A stretch of 32,000 bases of DNA from Candidatus Lokiarchaeum ossiferum (GTDB taxonomy: Archaea; Asgardarchaeota; Lokiarchaeia; Sigyniarchaeales; Promethearchaeaceae). Both the position numbers and the translations under genes were made by a program. The stretch covers positions 6,000,001-6,032,000 of the forward strand of contig CP104013.1 in the NCBI GenBank assembly GCA_025839675.1, given 5' to 3'. The notes beneath the pieces were generated by a model. It did no database searches and had not been told where the DNA came from. It saw only the letters and a program-made list of their open reading frames with translations. Of the stretch, positions 24,841 to 32,000 are shown piece by piece (positions within the stretch are counted from its first letter, which is position 1; each line of letters opens with the position of its first letter).

Positions 24841-25059
24841 TTAATAATTTTCGATTGCCAATTCAATGTCGCCTTTGGAGATCTTCTTACGTTTGCTATG
24901 TTTAGCAAATACTAAAGCAGATGCAGTAAGCTTTTTGGATCGGTCTTCTAAGTAGTTTAATAAGAGTTCCACCGCGTCTCGACTCACGATTTCAGCGCCT
25001 GCGCTTTTCATGAGACTTCGGAGTGGGCTCCATGCAAAAATTCTTCGTTTTTTGGCCAT
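24841..25059 (-). CDS. archaeal histone (HMf-type histone fold)
   Basis: MAKKRRIFAWSPLRSLMKSAGAEIVSRDAVELLLNYLEDRSKKLTASALVFAKHSKRKKISKGDIELAIENY aligns along its length with HMfB ([22 protein letters not shown]...HAGRKTIKAEDIELAV). An A7 run (T7 on the coding strand) lies downstream at 24810..24816. Confidence 0.92.
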   Translation of the reverse strand: MAKKRRIFAWSPLRSLMKSAGAEIVSRDAVELLLNYLEDRSKKLTASALVFAKHSKRKKISKGDIELAIENY

Positions 25060-25129
25060 ATTGTTTCAATCCAGAGTTTTTTTGTGTAAAGAAAAAAAAT
25101 ATTTCTGATTTTTATAATCGAAGAGTCGT

Positions 25130-25348
25130 TTATAAATAATCAATTGCTAATTGCATATCCCCTTGGGAAATCTTCTTGCGTTTAGCGTGTTTGGCGAATT
25201 TTTGAGCCATAATGGTCAATTTTTTAGATCGATCTTCTAAATAATACAATAATGCTTCAACTGCTTCTCGGCTGACAATCTCGGCACCGGCTTTTTTCAT
25301 TAAAGCTCGAAGTGGAGACCAAGCAAATGTTCTTCTTTTTTTAGCCAT
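25130..25348 (-). CDS. archaeal histone (HMf-type histone fold), tandem paralog
   Basis: The ORF track begins at TTG 25414. ATG 25348 gives MAKKRRTFAWSPLRALMKKAGAEIVSREAVE..., the same length as and colinear with the neighbouring histone. TATA-like TTTATTTATAC lies ~20 nt upstream. An A8 run lies downstream at 25092..25099. Confidence 0.9.
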   Translation of the reverse strand: MAKKRRTFAWSPLRALMKKAGAEIVSREAVEALLYYLEDRSKKLTIMAQKFAKHAKRKKISQGDMQLAIDYL

Positions 25349-25799
25349 TTTTTTCATACTCCGCGTATAAATAAATGAGTAGCTGTCCCCATCTGTGAGA
25401 TTTTTGTCGACCAAAAGTCCTTAAATGAGTCCAAACCAAATATATAATAGTATTTAATCTATTTAAAGGTAATGCAGTTTTCGGGTAAATAGCGAGTCCG
25501 AATGGATTGGATCAGTGATATTATCGACAAAAATACTCAATTAGAGTGTAGAAAATGAACTCATTTCCAAGCCCGTAGGATTGAAAAGAAGGCTAAATTT
25601 TGGAGATCGATCTGAGAAATGTAAGTAACACCTTTCTGTGAGAATAATTATGATCAAAATATGTTCAATGTTTTCATATATTACTTGAATTCATGAATGG
25701 TTGGTTATTTTTATTATATTATTGTTTTACCTCTAGATTTCTCACTATCTAAAAATCTATTAAAATTAATAAAAGAAAAAATTGCCTATATCTCGCTTT

Positions 25800-26774
25800 T
25801 CATTTTATAGTTATAATAACATTTCCTTTTTTATGACCTTTCTCCACATAACGGTGTGCTTCGGCCATTTGTTCTAATGAATAAACCCTATCAATCGCCG
25901 CTTTTAGTTTCCCCGCTTCAATAAGTCCTTTGAGGAAAAGAAGATCTTTTGCTTTTTCAGCGGTGGGTCTTAATCCTGCTGCTGCAAATTGTGCTTTTTT
26001 GTTACCAAATTTGCTCGTCCATAATGCTTGAAAAAGGATTGGTAGAGTTGGGACTGTGGTTAGGTAGATTCCACTTTCGTTTAATGCTCTTTTACATTTG
26101 GAAAAAGAACTTTTTGCAACAGTGTCAAAAATTATATCATAGGTGTGACCAGTTTTGGTAAAATCTTCTTCTGTGTAGTCTATTACGTTATCTGCCCCAA
26201 GGGATGTCACTAGTTCTAAATTAGTGGTGCTGCACACTCCAGTCACTTCAGCTCCATAATACTTGGCAAGCTGAATTGCTGCGGTACCCACACTTCCAGA
26301 TGCTCCATTGATGAGAACCTTTTGACCACTTTGAATTTCTCCCTTATCTCGAAGGAAAGGTAATGCAGTTAAAGCTCCATCTACTATCGCTGCTGCTTCT
26401 CCATAATTCATATTAATGGGCTTGAGCGCGATCTGCCCGTCTTCAGGTAAGCAAATATACTCTGCATGAGCCCCTAAATTATTGATTGATGCTCCAAAGA
26501 CTTGATCACCTACTTTAAATAAAGTCACATCTTTTCCAATGGCTTCTATCTCTCCCGCGAGGACATCTCCCGGAATCCGGTGTTTTGGTTTCAATAATCC
26601 CGTAAATAGGCGGCTGATGGCAGGTTTTCCCAATCGAAATGTCGGATCCGTGGAATTGACTGCTGCTCCGTAAATTTTGATTAATAGTTCGTTATCTTTA
26701 GGCGTCGGTTTTTCAACTTCTTTGAAATTGAGAACTTCTGGAGGGCCGTATTTGGTGCATATTATCGCTTTCAT
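25800..26774 (-). CDS. NAD(P)-dependent oxidoreductase, MDR superfamily (quinone oxidoreductase / zeta-crystallin-like)
   Basis: [34 protein letters not shown](P) fold [31 protein letters not shown]-terminal [11 protein letters not shown]. No structural-zinc Cys cluster. The start was chosen by alignment with the paralog; upstream ATGs also exist at 26786 and 26804, and a TTG at 26819. Confidence 0.85.
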   Translation of the reverse strand: MKAIICTKYGPPEVLNFKEVEKPTPKDNELLIKIYGAAVNSTDPTFRLGKPAISRLFTGLLKPKHRIPGDVLAGEIEAIGKDVTLFKVGDQVFGASINNLGAHAEYICLPEDGQIALKPINMNYGEAAAIVDGALTALPFLRDKGEIQSGQKVLINGASGSVGTAAIQLAKYYGAEVTGVCSTTNLELVTSLGADNVIDYTEEDFTKTGHTYDIIFDTVAKSSFSKCKRALNESGIYLTTVPTLPILFQALWTSKFGNKKAQFAAAGLRPTAEKAKDLLFLKGLIEAGKLKAAIDRVYSLEQMAEAHRYVEKGHKKGNVIITIK

Positions 26775-26903
26775 TTGTATGTTCATCCTATAAAATTTGT
26801 TCATATTTACATTGTTCAATATAATAAAAAAAAGTGCATTTTCGAAATTTAAAATTTGATTCTTTATTTTGATTTTTTACTTCAAGTAAGTATTCGTCGT
26901 AAA

Positions 26904-27848
26904 TTAGCTGGTGTGCTCAATCGTAATGACAACATTTCCTCTTTTATGGCCTTTGTCAACATAGGCATGGGCTTTACTCGTTTGATCCAATGAATACTTT
27001 TTATCAATAAATGGTGTGATTTTTCTTGCTTCTATAAGTTCTTTGAGAAAAAGCAAATCTTTTGTCAGTTCTTTAGTCATAGAAGTGATAGAAAGGTAAG
27101 ATCCTGTGCTTTTAAGAGTTTTTTTGCATAATGAAGCGGAAATTTTTCCAACAGCTTCAAATACGATATCATAAATTGGTCCGTCTTTTGTAAAATCTTC
27201 TTTTGTGTAATCTATCACTTTATCGGCACCAAGAAGTTTAACCATGTCCAAATTTCCAGTACTACAAACCCCTGTGACTTCTGCTCCAAAATATTTAGCA
27301 AGCTGAACTGCATAAGATCCAACGCTTCCAGATGCTCCATATATTAGCACTTTTTGACCCTTTTGGATGTTTGCATTCTTTAGTAGATATAGCGCTGTCA
27401 TTCCACCCACAGGGCTAGCTGCAGCTTCTTCAAAAGTTATATTATTCGGTTTTAGTGCAACAACTCCCTGCTTCCATTGTTCTGGCAAACATACATATTC
27501 GGCATAAGAACCAAATTTCAACCCAGTCGTGGTTCCAAAAATTTGATCTCCTATCTTAAACAATTTAACATCTTTGCCTACTGCCTCTACTTCCCCAGCT
27601 AATTCGGTACCCAATAGAGTTCGTCTCGGCTTAAAGAATCCAAAAATAATTCTGGCAGGTAACCAAAACAAAAGAGGAAAATCGGAACTTCGAAGTCTCA
27701 CATCGCCAGAGGTAACTGTGGCTGCATGAACTTTCACTAAAATTTCATTATCCTTAGGTATTGGTTTATTTACATCTTTTAATTTGAGAACATCTGGAGT
27801 TCCATATTTTTCATATATTATCGCTTTCATTTTCATCACAATTTTCAT
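26904..27848 (-). CDS. NAD(P)-dependent oxidoreductase, MDR superfamily, tandem paralog
   Basis: [72 protein letters not shown]. Three candidate ATGs (27848, 27836, 27830). Confidence 0.85.
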   Translation of the reverse strand: MKIVMKMKAIIYEKYGTPDVLKLKDVNKPIPKDNEILVKVHAATVTSGDVRLRSSDFPLLFWLPARIIFGFFKPRRTLLGTELAGEVEAVGKDVKLFKIGDQIFGTTTGLKFGSYAEYVCLPEQWKQGVVALKPNNITFEEAAASPVGGMTALYLLKNANIQKGQKVLIYGASGSVGSYAVQLAKYFGAEVTGVCSTGNLDMVKLLGADKVIDYTKEDFTKDGPIYDIVFEAVGKISASLCKKTLKSTGSYLSITSMTKELTKDLLFLKELIEARKITPFIDKKYSLDQTSKAHAYVDKGHKRGNVVITIEHTS

Positions 27849-28201
27849 AAGTGGGACATTAACAATAACTATTTAACATTCACCTATATTATAATACTAT
27901 ATTTATTTAGGTATTGTAGATTAATAAACTTTCGGTAATCTAAGAGATTGATGTGTTTTCGTTAAAAGAAATTAACTTTTTCCTATTGATTTTTAGGAAT
28001 CTTAAAAAGATAAAATCAAAACAAAATAAAAAAATACCTCATGAATTCCATCTTGAAGCAAATACTTAATTTTATCATCGAAATCATACAAATAATACTT
28101 CGATTTCAAAAAAAACCAAACTCGATTCAAAACCTAAATTATCAAATATGAGATATGATGTATTATTAAAATACTGACTATTTTGTAAGGAGTTTGCTTC
28201 A

Positions 28202-28903
28202 TTGAAAAAAAAAGAATTCTCAGCAATTGCTAGTTGTGGAAAAGCAATTGAGAAATATGCTCTTTTTCGTATAATATTTTTTGGAGTGGGAGCCATAACT
28301 CTCTTCATAGCAACAATTATTTCACCTCAAATTGAATCCCTGAATTTAGATGGTATGTCAGATTCAGAATTGTTTTCAAATATTGAGGGTTCTCTCTTTT
28401 TTTGGTTGATAATCTCATTATTACTTATATTTGCAGTTGTGATTCTTGGATTTATTGTTTTGGGGATGTATTTTCGATATATTATGCGATTGAAAGATGT
28501 AACAAAAGAAACGGCGAGTCAGTATTTGCGCAATATTTTGATTTGTGAGTTCAGTCGTCCCATTATTTGGATAATTCAGCTGTTTTTGATAGGAAAATGG
28601 AATAATAGTCTTTTATATTTGCTGAACTGTATTTCCTTGGCTATTTCTATCTACATTGCAATTCAATATAGGAAATGGATTTTGTTATTTTCTGATTATG
28701 ATTTGAAACTCACGGCTTATTCTTCCATACTGACGTATCTTCAAATATGGATGTTAGCAGGTGGGACATTTATTATTTTAAGCTTGATCCAACTTATTGG
28801 TTTATGGACCGGTCTTTTCTTATTCGTAGTTGAAGCCTTATTGCTCCTTTTAATATCCATTTCCCTATGGTTTTTTGGAAAGAAAATAGATTGGCTCTTT
28901 TAG
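28202..28903 (+). CDS. multi-pass membrane protein, unknown function
   Basis: TTG start with no nearby ATG. At least five long hydrophobic segments. No recognisable motif. Confidence 0.45.
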   Translation: MKKKEFSAIASCGKAIEKYALFRIIFFGVGAITLFIATIISPQIESLNLDGMSDSELFSNIEGSLFFWLIISLLLIFAVVILGFIVLGMYFRYIMRLKDVTKETASQYLRNILICEFSRPIIWIIQLFLIGKWNNSLLYLLNCISLAISIYIAIQYRKWILLFSDYDLKLTAYSSILTYLQIWMLAGGTFIILSLIQLIGLWTGLFLFVVEALLLLLISISLWFFGKKIDWLF

Positions 28904-28998
28904 AATTGGAAAAAATGGAAAAAATTGGATGATTACCAAATCCAAATTTTATTCCATCTGAAATTCAAAAGGGAAAGAGAAAAAAAAGTTTAAAAAGG

Positions 28999-29295
28999 TT
29001 AACTCTGCTTTTCTTGCTTATTTTTAAAGAATTTGTAAAGGGTTGGAATTATACGGAGAATCACAATGATCCACATCAAATTTATCAATACAGTTGCCAT
29101 GCTCTCACCACTCCACGCCTCAACATTATAACCCATCGCAGTCAAAATAAGCTGAACAAGGAATAATCCGGGGATTATCCAAACTAGTGTACTTAGAGAC
29201 GAAATTAGTTTTGCTTCGGCTTCTAAAAACTTATCTTTTGAATCTACATCATACATTGTTATGAAAACAATCGTAAAATGTCCTATAAAATCCAT
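28999..29295 (-). CDS. small membrane protein
   Basis: 98 aa with three hydrophobic segments and a basic C-terminal tail KFFKNKQEKQS. An A9 run lies just downstream on the + strand (28981..28989). Confidence 0.45.
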   Translation of the reverse strand: MDFIGHFTIVFITMYDVDSKDKFLEAEAKLISSLSTLVWIIPGLFLVQLILTAMGYNVEAWSGESMATVLINLMWIIVILRIIPTLYKFFKNKQEKQS

Positions 29296-29435
29296 GCCAT
29301 TTCTCTCTATTGGAAGTAGCTGAAGAAAATTAATACATCTGATCCATATGGATAAAAACCTGTTGTTTTATCTTCAACACAGATTTTTTTGGACTATATT
29401 ATACCTTTTTTTTCTATGAGTAATTTATTAAAAAT

Positions 29436-30818
29436 TTAAGTTACTTGCTCATAAAATGCATCGTAAATGTCAAGAAATGTTGAAATGTGCTCTTCATTGC
29501 CATGAAGAATGCCAATCAGATTCTCTTCTTGACCAGCAAGTAATCTTTGTAAATTTTCTATATTTATAATATCGGATTGGACCGTTGCAAGTGGATATGT
29601 TCCTGTTTTTTGATACATTCTTCCCCTTGCCAAGCGTAGGTAAAATCCTTCATATCCTTTGAGATAAAATTGAATCACAAAGTCTTCTGATTCCATAAAT
29701 AGCCCGATATCTTCGGAAGAATTACATAGTGTGATAAAGTGTTTAATTTTTTGACTTATATCTGAGGGTAATTGCTGAAGAGGGCTATCTGGATCTTGTT
29801 GGCTTATCGTTTTTTGCTCTGAATTCCGAATTATTTGTGTTTGATGGGCCAATTCTTGAATTTTTGAAAGGGGGGTGGGTGCTGGTCGTTTTTTAGGGAT
29901 TTCGTTTTCGATTGAAGGGTCATCTTGTAAAGGATCTGGAAGTAAAGAAATATCTATTTTTTCTTCATGGGGGCCATCTTTTTCATTAACAGTACCATTC
30001 TTTTCTAATTTTTCCTTCCTCGTTGCATCGGAAGAATTAATATCTTCAATTTTTAATAATTCAAATTGTTCATTCCACTTGGGAATTTTTTTCTTATATT
30101 CTCTAAATCCCGCTTTTCCACACGATGGGCAAATGGATAGATTTCGTTTTTCCGCCTTTACTAAGCATTGAGGGCAATAAATTTGTTTACACTTTTGATT
30201 GGAACAAATTAAAAGGATATTTGGCTCCTTATGGCAAGAAAAACATTTCTTTCCTATTGATCGGGAAAGAAACATAATATTATTGTCATAATTTGTCAAG
30301 AGCATGTCTGTACGCTTATTTAACCACTTCTTTTCATTACAAAATGGACATCTCTTAAGATATTTTTTTGGCTTCTTAGGTTCTGTAGCGCAATCCAAAC
30401 AAATTAATGCTTTACATTTTTCACACTTGATATGAAATCCATGATGATGTCCGCTAAATATAAATTCTTCATCGGATCCCAAGAGTTTTCCACAAGTATG
30501 GCAATGTAAATTGACTTCTTTCTCACAGTTTTCGCACACATAGTGATCTACTACATATGAGCGCTTTTCTGTGGATTGGTAGGCCGGACCATACGTTTGG
30601 ACAAATGAACTTAAGCTTTTCCCATTGTATCTTTTTGTATGATAGCATGATTTGCAAAATTCATTTCCACAACTTTCACAAGTAAGTTTTGATTTAGGAT
30701 CAACTTTATCTATAGTGATGCCAACAAATTCAGCGATGAATTTTCGTGTAAATCGATTGAAATCTTTAATATCGGCTTTTGTTAAATAAGTACCGCAAAT
30801 TAGACAAGTTTTTCCCAT
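29436..30818 (-). CDS. multi-zinc-ribbon (RING/IBR-like Cys arrays) protein with disordered linker and C-terminal alpha/beta domain
   Basis: About ten CxxC pairs in aa 1-235 (CLIC, CESCGNEFCKSCYH, CENC..CHTC, CEKCKALICLDC, CPFC, CFSCHKEPNILLICSNQKCKQIYCPQC..CPSC). A Pro/Gln/Asp/Glu-rich low-complexity segment spans aa ~255-350. The C-terminal ~110 aa (FVIQFYLKGYEGFYLRLARG...LQRLLAGQ) may be SCP2-like. Confidence 0.7.
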   Translation of the reverse strand: MGKTCLICGTYLTKADIKDFNRFTRKFIAEFVGITIDKVDPKSKLTCESCGNEFCKSCYHTKRYNGKSLSSFVQTYGPAYQSTEKRSYVVDHYVCENCEKEVNLHCHTCGKLLGSDEEFIFSGHHHGFHIKCEKCKALICLDCATEPKKPKKYLKRCPFCNEKKWLNKRTDMLLTNYDNNIMFLSRSIGKKCFSCHKEPNILLICSNQKCKQIYCPQCLVKAEKRNLSICPSCGKAGFREYKKKIPKWNEQFELLKIEDINSSDATRKEKLEKNGTVNEKDGPHEEKIDISLLPDPLQDDPSIENEIPKKRPAPTPLSKIQELAHQTQIIRNSEQKTISQQDPDSPLQQLPSDISQKIKHFITLCNSSEDIGLFMESEDFVIQFYLKGYEGFYLRLARGRMYQKTGTYPLATVQSDIINIENLQRLLAGQEENLIGILHGNEEHISTFLDIYDAFYEQVT

Positions 30819-30994
30819 TGTGACTCTCTTCTATTATTAAATATTATGTATGTCAGTTGCATATAAGCATACCGATTATTTTAGTCAAAATGAGAATTGC
30901 CTATAAATTTTCAAGGGGCCAATCCTTTACTTTGCAAAAATGATTAATCAAATTAATAATCAGCAGAAGAAGAATTTGTTTCTATCAAGATTGA

Positions 30995-31028
30995 CAAAAA
31001 AGAGAATGGCTTGCATAGCCTCATTCTT
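30995..31028 (-). terminator. stem-loop followed by a U-run immediately after the GTPase stop codon
   Basis: The coding strand reads AGAATGAGGCT-atgca-AGCCATTCT followed by CTTTTTTG, starting 8 nt after the TAA at 31036..31038. Confidence 0.4.
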
Positions 31029-31035
31029 TCTAGAT

Positions 31036-31686
31036 TTATTTATCGTAAAGTTGATAGAGCGTAGTGCGTCTTACTAATTCTGCAAAAAGGGGGTAAATAT
31101 TATATTTTTTATCCCACAAGGCAATAGTTTCGTATACTATTGGATTCCAAATATTCAATTTATGATCTGGCGGATAAATGAGGTTGTTTTCATCCAGTAT
31201 TTGATAAATTTCTTCTTTTCGCATAGTATTGGGGAGATCTTGTTTGTTGGCCATTATTAAAAGTGGAATTTTACTGATAAGGTCTTCTCCACATATATTT
31301 TTCAATTCCTTAAGAGAATTAATGTTGCGATCTCGGTTACTTCGTTGAGAATCAAATACTAAGATAATACCATCCGTTCCATAAAATATCTTCTTTCGGA
31401 GTGGAAAAAAGCGATCTTGGCCTGCTACTGTATAGATGTGGTAAAAAAGATTCTTTTCGCTTTTGGATTGAAATACCCCTCTGTCAAAATAAAGAGTTGA
31501 CCCATTTTCCATGGCTATTTTTTTGAAATCATTTATGGGTGTTAAATTTGATTCAGAATCCTCTTCTTTTGCCATTTTATGTAGGGTATCAACCGCAGTG
31601 GTTTTCCCAGACCCCGCGCATCCCCACAAGAGTAACTTTATGTAGACTTTTCCATCCTCATTTACATTAACCAAAGGTTTATTCAC
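31036..31686 (-). CDS. MglA-like small GTPase (Ras superfamily)
   Basis: P-loop LLLWGCAGSGKTT. G3 motif YTVAGQDRF has Thr in place of the usual Asp, as in MglA (LYTVPGQ). DGIILVFDSQ matches DGVVFVADSQ, and KIPLLIMANKQDLPN matches KIPYVIQYNKRDLPN of Myxococcus MglA. Confidence 0.85.
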   Translation of the reverse strand: MNKPLVNVNEDGKVYIKLLLWGCAGSGKTTAVDTLHKMAKEEDSESNLTPINDFKKIAMENGSTLYFDRGVFQSKSEKNLFYHIYTVAGQDRFFPLRKKIFYGTDGIILVFDSQRSNRDRNINSLKELKNICGEDLISKIPLLIMANKQDLPNTMRKEEIYQILDENNLIYPPDHKLNIWNPIVYETIALWDKKYNIYPLFAELVRRTTLYQLYDK

Positions 31687-32000
31687 ATCATTTCTGTATC
31701 GTGTTGTATAAAAGTAGTAGATCCTTAAACTATTTAAGCTATATTAATAACCGATACCATAAATTTGAAAAAATATCTCTATGCGAAATAACCTTAACAA
31801 AATTGGAAAATTTTATTAAATACAAATCAAGACCAATCTATCAAGTATGTAAGGTAATTTAATCCTCTTTGCAAATTATTTTATTTTGATCTGTATTTTC
31901 GCTTCCTTTCTCTACCACATTATATCAAGAACGATATCGGCTAAAGTACTTTTAAATTTACGCAAAGATTCCATTTTCATAATTGAAGTTTCATAGGATA

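Overview
AT-rich (roughly one-third G+C by eye) chromosomal segment that looks archaeal. It carries two tandem archaeal histone genes, an MglA-type small GTPase, a nine-repeat LRR protein, cysteine-rich multi-zinc-ribbon proteins (one with a long disordered linker) and two very large secreted proteins built from LamG/jelly-roll, FN3-like and thrombospondin-type-3-like modules. This mix suggests an Asgard (Lokiarchaeia-like) archaeon, but that assignment is inference from gene content. I support about 28 CDS: a truncated GIY-YIG homing-endonuclease-like gene, an ABC-2 exporter operon (ATPase plus two paralogous permeases), an Fe-S flavoprotein-like reductase, a GNAT acetyltransferase, a surface-anchored DJ-1/PfpI protein, two tandem MDR oxidoreductases, a triple-wHTH regulator and many small membrane or anchored proteins. 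I found no rRNA, tRNA, CRISPR array, or intact transposase or integrase. Items most worth follow-up: (1) a TIR-like/LRR fusion with no NTPase module; (2) a conserved two-hairpin RNA-like motif present three times in + strand intergenic DNA, with compensatory stem changes; (3) a perfect 14-bp inverted repeat (CCACACCTCTTTAA) between the two divergent giant surface-protein genes, with a third copy upstream of a small ORF; (4) an A-B-A-B/A mosaic of ~0.9-kb intragenic repeats, with a ~94% identical block indicating recent gene conversion; (5) a shared C-terminal IPG / TM / basic tripartite signal on two surface proteins; (6) an MglA-like GTPase next to a multi-zinc-ribbon protein, with no MglB visible. 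All domain calls come from reading motifs by eye; no database search was possible.
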